From positions 11,168,655 through 11,232,654 of the forward strand of contig NC_134033.1 in assembly GCF_964204645.1 (NCBI RefSeq): a stretch of DNA of 64,000 bases. The letters run 5' to 3'. This document shows positions 52,548 to 64,000 of the stretch, one piece after another (position 1 is the first letter of the stretch; every line of letters begins with the position of its first letter). The DNA comes from Tubulanus polymorphus (lineage: Eukaryota; Animalia; Nemertea). The notes beneath the pieces were generated by a model. That model saw nothing but the letters and a program-made list of their open reading frames with translations, was not told where the DNA came from and made no database searches. Position numbers and translations under genes: made by a program.

Positions 52548-54563
52548 CTTAGGCTACTTCAAACTCGTAACTTATAGAATCGATGTCAAGCTGTAATTGA
52601 CGCAAAATGCATCCTTAAAATACGATTGTTTTAACGCGGAATGCGTTTATTCTAGTTTCTACGCGGCAAATCGGCTATTGAAAAATGCACGATGTCCCTA
52701 ATCACCCACTTCATATCTTATTAAGTGAAAAATTTCAGAATTCTAGTTTTCTTCTCGAATCTAAAATTTGACCTACTGCATTATATTGTTTTATTTTCTA
52801 AACTTCCTGACATCTGCACGTTCATGATTATGAACTCGCTCTACGAATCTATATCGTTAGCCGAACTGACATTTTTAACCTTATCTCTTTTTTATTTCGA
52901 AATCGTGAATCGAAGCACAGATATAGTTGGATAGTCGGTTGAATTTTTACAGGATCGAAGTTCGAGTCATTCCGACGAACAGAGAGAACAGTCTGAATGT
53001 GTATGACAGATATAAAAAATTTCAGCTTTTCGTCAGTTTCTGCACTGCGGTTCACATCGTCACTCTTTCTTTCGTTGGGTTTGCTCTTACAGTAGCCAGG
53101 CCTATTCCTGTACATTCGTCAACGATCAGTATCTGCCTGTGCGTCCCCTACTTCCCTAAATCCCAATCAATCTGTTACTTAACGTTCTTTCTTTAAAACA
53201 CCATTTATATAGATAAAGTTAATCCTCTTACAGGTCACAGGTCATATCAGGATGTTTGTCCGTTTATAAAACGTTGTTGAACTATATCGCCTTGTATATA
53301 TAGTAATAAAGATGCGATGATTGTATCAGGAGAAGGTCCCTTTAGACGGCTTTCATTTTAGTACACTTGGATCGCAGAGCATTTCATTCCCAGAATTTTA
53401 CTGAGCTCAATGGCACCAAACGTCCCTTGCTTTGAAATGAAGTGCGAAAGGTACGAAATTCAAAATACATCTTCTCCACGCGGCAAAACATATCGAATGA
53501 GATTGACGTAATCATGGATAGTAAATTACGATTAGAAATAAGTTATGATTTTATACAATTACCTGGTGAAAGGTGACCGAAATTTAAAATCACTGGATAG
53601 ATTCAACAACTATCAATTTGCAGTCCAAAGCCGGAATATTCTTCTCGCAAAGAAGATTTCACTCTTCGCTGAAGCTCTTCACTGAAGATTTGGTGGAGAT
53701 TTTCAAACGCTGATACTGAAAAATAAGATACCGTAAGTTCTGGTTTACAATGAAAGAATACAAGCGAAAAGGACTCGAACCTCCCCAGTCGTCCCCTTGG
53801 AAGGAAGGACATATAAGGGAAAAAGTCAAAAGTCAAAGCGATAAAAACTGAAGATTTTTACTCTTGAAGATTATGATTCTAAAGAAATGAGTGGAGACTT
53901 ATGCTTGCGGGCTGATTCTATTGGCTGAATCTTCTCGTGGAAACGCCGGAAAACCTATTGCGAAATGGAATTTGTTGCTCTCCACGTAGAGGATGTCAAT
54001 ACATTGACCATCGAAACTCTATACATCTATCTATTAATCTCGCTTATTCATTAGTAAAAAAAGAAAACCCGATGAAGAATAGAATTGTACTGGAATGAAT
54101 AGACATACCTTACCTTGGAATAACAAACCCCAACGAAGTAAAGAATGACGCAAAACTCACTATACTTCAATAATGAGAAGACTGCCATATAGTGCTTAAT
54201 CCTACAGATTTGATTAATCTCTGGTCATCGGAATGGACCTGCGCCTACCTGAGCACTGGAGATCCCTAATTCGCGAACACTTCTTTGGAAAACGCAAAAT
54301 CTAATATGCATGATTTCGTATTCAAAAGCGGTGGTAATTGATATGTCGTATTACAATATTCAAATGTAGATTACTATATCAGATGGCAATTCATCATCCG
54401 GAATTTACATGAAAGAACAAAATACGGGTCTGGGTGTGTGTATAGAAATAAGGAGGGTCCCTCCTGTTTTTACGATTGATTTGCTGCGACTCCCCGTTCC
54501 AAAGTTGTCGGCTAAGATTGACCCTAAAGTGTTAAACTTAGTTCATTGTTAGTTTCAACTCAG

Positions 54564-54701
54564 GACCCGGTTGCACAGTCGTGGCTTGAGCCCAAAAGTG
54601 GTCCTAAATCTTAAGACTGGTCTTAAGTTGTTAGTTTGGCCATAGAACTAAGTTGGTCCTAGACTGGTCTTAAGTCTAAGCTATGACTATGGAACCGGCC
54701 C
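54564..54701. mobile_element. Harbinger-like MITE, inverted copy of 11217-11355
   Basis: cag|gacccggttgcacag ... ctatggaaccggccc|ctg; internal sequence is the reverse complement of the 11 kb element. Confidence 0.75.
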
Positions 54702-54839
54702 CTGTAGTCTAATTCTAAGAGATGGATTTCAAAACGGGATTTACTTCCCGCTTAAGATTTCATTTACAATGTTACAGGTGGCGAACGAATGAAATTGATG
54801 ATTGGTCTAAAATAGGTCTGATGTTTTTGCGTTTTAGCA

Positions 54840-55458
54840 CCTTATGTATCAGTATACATATTACATGCTGAATAACAAGTTCCTCATGAAATAATATCAC
54901 GTCTATTGCAACAGCTGCTACTCGGGAATTTGTATTAATTCGTAAAATAGACTGCATTAAAAGCGGGTATCATCGAATTAACTGTAGACGATTATGAATT
55001 CTGATCCCTGAGCTGTTTCATGTTGTCAGTACAAGAGCACTTCATTTACAAACTAATACTCCTCCTAAGTTGTATTTTAGCGCTTTAGACAATTTCGTTC
55101 CAGACAGTTGTATTGGGTTTGTCGTTGACATCAGGTAAAAGAAATAGATCGGGGCAGTTTGCAGAAATGACAATAGAGAAAGATATTGATTTGCTACCTT
55201 AAGGTAAATTAGGAAAACACAATACGCGGTATTATTACCCGAGATGAAATGCCAGGGGTGTCAAATGCCAGAGGAAGAAATGCTAGAGGTATAACAATTA
55301 AAGCAATGTTTGAATTCTATGTTCATTGGAATTGGATTCTGAAGGGATCTCCCAGTGACATCATTATCAAGAAACAACGATAAATTCATTGAAATTTTGC
55401 TCATGATTTTCTCACAGTTCTTCCAAACGGCTAAGAGCTGACGGATGAAACTTTCCAT
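54840..55458 (-). pseudogene. Possible decayed SLC13 (Na+/carboxylate cotransporter) 5' exons
   Basis: MESFIRQLLAVWKN + (~110-bp insert) + IALIVIPLAFLPLAFDTPGISSR|gtaata, then a frameshifted LLM-(A)VYF...VAAVAI..VILF segment. Resemblance is by eye only. Confidence 0.3.
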
Positions 55459-55653
55459 AATAATCCCAACCTCTATCACCTTCCCAATAACAAAATATCA
55501 GCTGTGTACATCCAGTGGTTATAACTTGTGCCACCAAGAGCTAACAGGAAGTTACTCTCAGAACCATTCTATAAGGATCAGCGTAGTTGATCCTTATAAC
55601 AGGCGATAAAATCGAAATATATTCAAGACAACATCATTTATTATCGGTTAGAT

Positions 55654-58600
55654 TTAACCCATTGCAGTACAGTCATTCGTATTGATAGTTTGATTGATCG
55701 GGTTGTTTTCGGGTCGATCGACATCACTGATAGTATGGGGCATCGGTACATCTCTAGTTTCCGGTAAGGGTAACACGAGTAATGCGGTAACCAGTCCAAT
55801 ACACCCGATAATCACACCCGGCAACCAATATATAAATTGAGCCTGAAACAAATCGATCCTTAGCTGGAATTTTTGAATAAATAAGTTACTACAGGATTGA
55901 AAATGTAAAAGATTTGCAAAGACCTACCAAATAAGCGGCGAATGGTGCTGTCATAGAGCCTATTCGGGCAAACGCCGAAGCAATACCCACGGCGCGGTTT
56001 CTGTGAAATATAGACAATGCAGTGAAAATTTTGGATTTTCTCCCTAAGTTTTTAAAGTTAAGAAACTCACCTGAAGTTAGTCGGATAAAGTTCACTAGTA
56101 TGGATGTAGAGAGTACCAAATGCTGCCGTGCAGCAGAATTTCCCAATGGTATTAAGCGTCATTATTAACGGAACCAGATTCGTCTCTCCTAGAAATCACA
56201 AAATGTAACGATACATTTTTTTGGCGTCGCAAAAACCGATGCAAAAGGATTCTTTTATATATCGACCACTACTATGTATTAATTAAGTTTCTAGTTTCCT
56301 TGCTCTAGAAATACCGTGTCTACACACGTACCAATCATTTCAGGACAGAACGTCGCAGCTATCAACACTAAACCGGTTATAGCATTTAGTCCTACTAGAG
56401 AAATCCGTCTTCCAATACTGAAATATACACTGATCAAATTATTCATCTAATTCAATCGCGAGTCTTTATGCTGCTAGTTGCTGATTCAAACTTACAACTG
56501 GAGAGAAAAGTGCATAACAAGATAACTTGGTAGTTCAATAGCTGCGCCCAGGAAATAATTCGCAAATCGACCTCCAGCCATTACGGTCGTACTCAATGTC
56601 AACCCGTAAAAAATGAGACTCGTACAACACCTAGAAAAAAGAAAGATCTTAAAATGACAACTAAATCTGCCACCAGACTAATCAACACGTGTAATACTAA
56701 CCAGATAATAGCTTCTAGTATCGTGTATAGACGCAGTTTTGGATGTTTGAGAATCTGCAAAATTCCAATCGTTTCATTATCAGAATCTTCACTACCCTTA
56801 GTGCAGCCTAGCATATTTGTAAACACCAGTTTTACTTTGTCCGCAACGGATCTATCGTCTGAAATTAACAGATTCGATCTTCTTCGAATAGAGAAGATTT
56901 GAGTATTTTCATTAGCAAATGGATATGGAGTTACTTCGTACATGTGCTTCGCTTAGCTGTTTCTGTGGTTTTTCTTATAGCAAAAATGGCGCCCGGAGAA
57001 AGTGAACGTTTGTTAAATTTCGCCGCTTTTCTCAAAATTCTGATCGCCTCTTCGGTTCTGGAATTAGCGACGAGCCACGCCACAGATTCATCGTACAACC
57101 TAATTTACAAAAAAAAACATTATCGATATTTCAGAACGAATTAAGATCATCCTGGGATTATTAATCTTGCGTACCCAAAAATTACAAATTTCAGGATGAA
57201 ATTTTCAACACTCAGGCGGTAGATTCTCGGTAATGAAATAAGGATTCGATAAGAAAGGATAATTCATCATTTGTTTGGTGCCTTGTTAATATAAGAACTA
57301 TTATCAAAAGGCGCTCTCCAGAAACAGAAATAGTCTTTAAGCTGTCTTTTCAATGCCGGGAGAGGTGAATAACAACGATGGTAGGGGTCGGGTCGTGGAT
57401 TCAAAACTATGTGTGCAAATGTCCCAAATACAACTCCACCAATTAAGTCACATAGGGTTAGTGAGTTATACAACATACAACGTAACGATCCTAAATAAAA
57501 TTGTTCTGGTCTGGCGGACTTGTCTTTTATCTGTTAAATGGCTGGATACATAAGACGGTGCTAGGTTATATATTGGTCTCGAGAACAAAACCAATAACTT
57601 ACGAAATCGACGACAGTTCCTAGTGACGTCATTCGACCCCACCCAGTTGACCATTTATTTACCGACCCTCCCTGTCGAGGTACACCTGTGGATGGGTACG
57701 ATTTCGGATGAATATCTTTATATTCAAAATACATATTTACCAGATGCCTAAAATCGCGAAACAAGGGATGACACCCGATATGATTTGTATATATTTCCAG
57801 TGAGTGAATAAGTAGCCACAGATTCCAGTAACGAGAACTCCAACCGTCGTGGTTAACATGTTAATCAGGTTTGCGAATGAACGTTGATCGGTCGGGAACC
57901 ATTCACAAACCAACACATACGAAACTAGGAACGCACCCTAAAAAAGAAACAACCAAAGCATCCAAAATAATGGCCGATTCATGCGACATTTTACAAGAAA
58001 TGTGACACTTCGCTTAACTATATTCAATATTATCTTCTTGCCATTTTATTACTTGAATTTTTTTTAGAAAAACTTAAAAATTTCTTTGGTGAGCTCGGGA
58101 AAAAGAAGCTCTCAAAAATACTTTTTTTTTCTCTTATTAGCCTTACCAGTAAAAACTTTTCTGGGAATTAAATAATTCTGGGCTTCAGTTAATCATCGTT
58201 AGTTAATTACCGTATTGAAAAATCCACTAAAGAATTTCATTGTGATGAAAAATATTTCGTTGACAAAAATGGCGGGTAGAAGCACCGAAACGGCGACCAA
58301 TAAAGAACAGACTATATACGGAATTTTCCGGCCAAAGTAATCCGACCAAGGTGGCACCAGTATACCACCGGCCAAGACACCTCCGAAATATATGGACATC
58401 ACTAGAGCATTCATGTGACTCGATTCACAAACCCACGAAAACTGAAAAATAGATTAGAGCCATTTTATCACACTTCTACTGGGGGATGTTAAAGATTTCT
58501 GATGAATGACTGACCTGTTCGGTAAGAGTATAATAACCATTTGACTGGTAATAGTAGCCGTTTTGACAGACGATTGTGGCATTATCTGTGCTTGATTTAA

Positions 58601-59288
58601 ATTGTCGACACTGATCAAAATGAATTTCTCCATCTTCACTAGTTGAATACGGTATCGACTGGTTCAGTGTTTGATTCACGGTGGTGTAGTTTGACAGGAA
58701 ACAGTGATGTTCTGGGATCCATCCTGAATGTAAAATGCATCCATTCAACCCCCCCCCCCCAAAAGAAAATGGAACAAACCATTTACTGACTCTAATACGG
58801 GTACTGATAACGTAATAATCATCAGCTTTCTTTATCAGTGTCCCTTCTCAACTGGTAAATCGGTAATTGCATCTTGTGTAGAAATGTATCTTTATGGATA
58901 TTATGCCATTATGTCATTTTCAGAATTATGTGATTTTATAACTTAATCATATGGTTTCTATATCGAATATTAAGTACTACGTATTTGTTATGTATCACAA
59001 GCATTTACTCTTTTGGTATACTATAGTAAAGCGTTCCTTATGATATAATTCTGATATTGTGATCATGCGGTCAAACCGGGAAGAATAGGCACACGATCAA
59101 AGAAAAAAACGATGATTTTGAAGTTCGTTGTAACAAGGTTGCTGAATAACGAAATATTGTTTACCTTGAAATACAGGACCGAAGATACTCATAGTAGTCG
59201 CTGAAATCGTAATTTCTATTATGAACAACTGCAGCATCTGATATCTGCCATATCTGCCTAAAGCCTTCAAAGCTGCTTCAACTTCCAT
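55654..59288 (-). CDS. SLC22 family organic cation transporter-like protein, copy A (apparently intact)
   Basis: Start MEVEAALKALGRYGRYQ (59288); phase-consistent exons including GAFLVSYVLVCEWFPTDQR, LYDESVAWLV, YGLTLST...IELP, IGRRIS, GKFCCTAAF...SELYPTNFRNRAVG, LPETRDVPMP; stop at 55654. Confidence 0.88.
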
Positions 59289-59669
59289 CTTAGGCTACTG
59301 CAAATCGTAATTTAGAATCGATGTCAGGCTGTTAAAAGTACGATGTCCCAAATCACCCAATGTATGCAATGCCGTCTTATAAAGTAAAAGGTGTTTAGAA
59401 TTCTAGTTTTCTTCAAATCTAAGATTTGACCTACTACATTACCAGGCGTCTGCACGTTCATGATTCTTATCGTAAACGTGTTTCAGAAATTTATATCGAA
59501 AGAAATTTATACCGAACTGACGCTTAAGATCGAGACATGCCGACGATCGCAGAGGGTAGTCTGAATGTGTATTTTTTATCAAAAAGTTATTTCATCATAG
59601 GGCCCTCCTCCTGTACAGCTTTATGGCTCTAGTTGTGTCCTTTACATTCAAATATCAAATTGATTAATT

Positions 59670-60310
59670 AGCTGATGAATTCCAGGGAGTTGCGGACAGG
59701 AGTGACATAAGAAATTCTATGATGGCCTGAAAGAAATGGTCCCACTACATCTGGAAAACCATATTTCAGACGAATTAACTCTCATCATTGATAAATACAA
59801 GACCCTAGAGAGATGGGCTGAACGTTTTGAGAGTACTACACCACCTTCCACCATTAACGAGTGACCGTGTTCCACAAGTTCCTGTCAACGAGACGTTGGA
59901 CGCAATGCCACCCCTTGAAGAAAACCAGAAAGCATTCCGCCTGATATACAGCGGTTAAGCACCTGGCTCAGACCCGATCCCAGCTGAGACCTGAAGAGGT
60001 TGGTAGTGGGCTGGCTCCTTTTGACAGTTTTTCATGTTTTTATCACCTTTTTATATGTTTTCACTATCTTTTTATATGTTTTTATCATCTATTTAAACCT
60101 TTTTATCATCGAATGACATATAACCATGTTTTGGTGGTTTTCGCCTTCCATAAGCATCCATATCATTCTGATGCAGACACAGCTACACATTGTCCACACT
60201 GCACCAGGACCTTTAGAACGCAGATCGACCTGGTCAGTCATCTCCGCATCCACAGGGATAGCCCCCCAGCCCCAGGATGAATGGATCCTAGGTCAAGATT
60301 CGAAGGACTA
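59670..60310 (+). mobile_element. Decayed RTE/BovB-like LINE fragments
   Basis: Broken translation ADEFQGVADRSD..FYDGLK..ERWAERFES..G*APGSDPIPAE, and the 3' zinc-finger segment CPHCTRTFRTQIDLVSHLRIH typical of RTE-clade ORF ends; stops and frameshifts present. Confidence 0.75.
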
Positions 60311-61245
60311 TTTTATTACTATGTTAAGGATGCCAATATATTGACCACCGAAACTCTATTATACATTTATCTATTTGTTTCGCTTATATATTAGTAAAAA
60401 AGAAAGCTCGACGAAGAATAGATTAGGAATAGACCTACCTTAACTTGGAACAACAAACCAAACGACGGAAAGGATGAATCAGAACTGACGAAGATATGAT
60501 ATCTGCCATATAGTGCTTAATACAGACTTGAACAATCTCTGGTCATCGGAATGGACTAGGTCTACACCTGCCTGAGTTATGGAGATTCCTACTTCACGAA
60601 ATATTATTTAGAAAATGCAAAATGTGTTTCGTTAAAAAGTGGCGATAATTAACATGTGGTATTACGTATATTCAAATGAAAATCAATGTATCAGATGGTA
60701 TCAGATGAATTTGTATGGGAGAATTAAGTGCGGGTTTGGTTGTGTGCATAGAAATAATGAGGGTCCCTCGTATTTATACAAACGATTTGATTTTAATTGC
60801 CGAGAGTCCCTCATATTTATACGGATTGCTTTGACTCCCTTTTTCACAATAATGTCGGATACGATTGACTCTAAAGAGTAAAGCATCGTAGCAATTTAAT
60901 ACCAGCCGGGCTGAAAACCCGTTATCGCTTCTTTACAACTGTATCTATTTATGTTATTTCGAAAGATAAATGGACACATTCTTTTGATCACATCTCCATT
61001 TATTTCCCTATTGCTTCGAACTAACGTAACTTGACCGATGTATATGGTCCCAATAGCACCGCCCGTTTGGTGATCTGGTTCCTCAAAGTTTCAACTTGTT
61101 TTAACTGTATGGTTTTACATGTTAGGCTAAATGTTATCGTGGTGTTAGTCATGTTAACATGATGTCGAATCAGTAACCATGAAGACAATTGATACTTTGA
61201 AGGAGATCAACTAATTTGATTTAAAGTATCAAAGTTTTTCACGTT

Positions 61246-62232
61246 TTATTTTTTGGTTTCGATAAATACAGATCGGGTGCATTTCCTGAAATAACTTGAA
61301 CTCAGGCAATAAAGATAGAAATTAATGGCTGAATTCACCATCAGCGAAGCTCGAGATATTTGATACATAACAGTTTCAAAGAACAAGTACACGTTACTAA
61401 GTAACGTAGTATTACTTTTGACTCTACGGACCCACATGTAAAGAATATAAGTAAGAGATGGAAGATGAGTCAAAATTAAAAATATAGAAATCGTCACCAC
61501 AATTCTGATCAGTGTCGACGATGATGATGACGATGAAGATGACACGTAATTCCTTGAGAGCTGTTTTCTAGAATACATATATCGTGTATACGAAATCAAC
61601 ATAGCAACATTCGATATAATCACCAGAGAAAGAGGAAAAAACAATCCAAATGTCAAATTGGAAAACACTATGAAAATATTTACAAAGATCACAGGGGTTT
61701 TCACATTAACTCGCGAAACACAATCATAGACACCACGTACATTAACACGGGCTCCTGATAAAATCCCTTGTGGAATAACCCTCAGTATTCCTAATATAAC
61801 TATACATAGTGTAAAAATATAAGCTTTCTTCGGAGTACAGAGAGCTTTAGCTTTCAACGGGAATCTGACAGCTATAAACCGGTCTATACTCATTAAAGCC
61901 AGTAGTAAACTGGAGGTTGAAGTTGAACCACCGCCGAGTACTTCATATAATCTACAAAATGGAGTCGATAGAATTTGCTGATCGTAATGAATTCGCAGAA
62001 ATAAAACCGGCAAATAAAAACAGATGACGTTAATATCGGAAAAAGCAAGAGCTACTAGATATACACCGACTGATGTGTGGCAAAAGCGGAATCTCGGCAC
62101 TAATAGAATTCGCAAAGATAAAAAATTACCAATCGTTCCGATACTGAATATAATTGGCAGCACCATGTACGTTACGGCAGAACGAACATTTTCCTTGAAA
62201 TCGGCGATTCGCTTCTGATCTGTTACATTCAT
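61246..62232 (-). CDS. Single-exon class A GPCR, FMRFamide/sex-peptide receptor-like
   Basis: 328 aa, seven hydrophobic segments; GTIGN, YLVALAFSD, FC, SIDRFIAVRFPLKA, HLP, NSAINFYLY...FR. Confidence 0.92.
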   Translation of the reverse strand: MNVTDQKRIADFKENVRSAVTYMVLPIIFSIGTIGNFLSLRILLVPRFRFCHTSVGVYLVALAFSDINVICFYLPVLFLRIHYDQQILSTPFCRLYEVLGGGSTSTSSLLLALMSIDRFIAVRFPLKAKALCTPKKAYIFTLCIVILGILRVIPQGILSGARVNVRGVYDCVSRVNVKTPVIFVNIFIVFSNLTFGLFFPLSLVIISNVAMLISYTRYMYSRKQLSRNYVSSSSSSSSSTLIRIVVTISIFLILTHLPSLTYILYMWVRRVKSNTTLLSNVYLFFETVMYQISRASLMVNSAINFYLYCLSSSYFRKCTRSVFIETKK

Positions 62233-63417
62233 TTTACATAGTTAGAATACCAGAACGTATAACTGAGACACCGTCACCTTCCAATCTCAGCATTGTCATC
62301 ACTTATGAACACGCGTATCAATTCAATGGCTGGAATTCATCACAGGTTACCAATTATGGAAAATGTCGATGTTGTTAACTCTCTACTACTGGTATCTAAT
62401 AACCAATTACTGCGTCTATGTCGATACAGCAGCTAGATAGTTACTGTATCATATTTTTTCTGTTGTGAATAACATATTTCCACACACAAACACACATACA
62501 TACATATATATCTAGTATAAATGATGTGATGAATTTTACGGAAATGTAGAAAAAATCTAACGGTTTCGAAAATGCGTCTCATTTTTTATTGTTGATATGA
62601 GTTATTTATGATTTCTTTAAATGATATGATGGTCATTAGTTAACGGCAAAAATGATAGCACAGCGAATTCAGTGGAGAGACGACGAATGGTGATGATCGA
62701 AGTAAAATCTCGATATTACCTATAGCTAAACACCGATTCGAGTTTGAGGCTGTCAATTGCTGCTGAATAAGACCCCTTCGTTATTAGATTCTGATATTTG
62801 AGAGCTAAGTATTAGTTAGGGCGGTACAGGATGAGAATGTTTGAATATCGGATAGAAAATATGTATGATAATGATATAGTTTAATATACGAAGACTTATA
62901 TATATTTTCATGTCGTTATTATGATCATTGTGACATGAAAATACATTCTTTTCGTACAAGCGTTGGAAACCTGTCGCTGCACCTCCAATCACAATACGGT
63001 ATGTAGATTGAATATATATTATGTGATTAGATTGCGACGATTAATAAAAATCCAAAAATTCGGAATAATTATTCGATATTTCGGATTGTTAATCCTGTTA
63101 CACGAGTCATTAGAATTGCCATACAATTTGAAATTTGATACACAATTGTTGCCAAAGGCTTATAGTTTCATAGTCTCTGCTGAACACAAAAGTTATGCAA
63201 AGCTAGAAGAAATGATGTTCTTGGATATTGATAGAATTTGACGACGTGATAAATTATGATACCAAATCAAATAGGAAAATACTAGAATACATTAGGCTAG
63301 AAAAATCGATACATTGTTTCTAATTTCTGTTGAGCTGAAAAATTAATCAAGCCGGCTGCCTGTCTACCCTCTGTACTATTACGTATGTTTAAAATCGTGA
63401 TCAAGCTAGCCATAATA

Positions 63418-63748
63418 CATCCTCCCTCGGCAGGGATTCGAACGTGATGGCATCGCTACACTCAGCCAAGAAAGGCCTGCCATACTAGACAGGGTGCGCA
63501 GGTACATGCGCAGCTTTGCCGCGCGAAAACTTGCGGCACAATCAGATTGCTCGTTGTATAATAGCTGAGGTGAATTTCAAGTAAGAACTATAAATGGGAA
63601 AACCCGGGCTAAAATAAAACGGGATATCTGATTGGCTGATAATGACATCATCTAAGCTGCGCGTGTAGCTGCGCACTCGGTCTAGTGTGGCAGGGTTTCG
63701 TACCGTGGCAATCTCGATGCCATCAGGTTCGAATCCCTGCTGGGGGAG
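63418..63748. mobile_element. Second full copy of the double tRNA-like-arm repeat
   Basis: Reverse complement of 17146-17450, including the central spacer. Confidence 0.7.
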
Positions 63749-64000
63749 TTACCATAACAGAGCCGGTAGCTATAGAAATGAATAGATCACAAATTTCATA
63801 GCAGTAAACAAAATGACCCGGTCGATTAGGAGAAAGATTCAGTGCGGTTGCTAAAATTGCGAAGTTAGTTATACATGTGAAATATTATATCTAAATTGAC
63901 TACAGTGAAACAGATTCAGATTAAAACAAAATCACTAATCTTGGTATTTGAATTTTGATTATATATATATATATATTCAGGAACTGATTATGAAATATGC

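Overview
AT-rich, intron-containing genomic DNA from an invertebrate animal; a bilaterian host is inferred from CTCF-type motifs and an FMRFamide/sex-peptide-type GPCR. Left half: a multi-exon LRCH gene (LRR + calponin homology) on the minus strand, from 26450 to or beyond the left edge. One LRCH intron contains a complete 4-exon secreted phospholipase A2 gene on the opposite strand, and other introns carry minisatellites and MITEs. Next is a 3-exon LRAT/PLAAT (NlpC/P60-type) gene with a C-terminal glycine zipper. Right half: a rearranged tandem array of SLC22 organic cation transporter genes (two apparently complete, two partial), a ~7.5 kb near-identical duplication, an inverted chimeric block, an RTE LINE relic and a single-exon class A GPCR. 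The main find is missed by the ORF track because it is spliced and tiny: a 63-aa secreted prepropeptide whose 33-aa, 6-Cys mature part aligns with sea-anemone APETx/BDS beta-defensin-fold toxins but has a shortened central loop. It occurs as two intact divergent copies and one pseudogene. Upstream of each intact copy is a TIR element with a 4-bp TSD carrying an orphan AT-rich ORF. All exon models were built by hand from GT/AG sites and reading phase; no database search was run.
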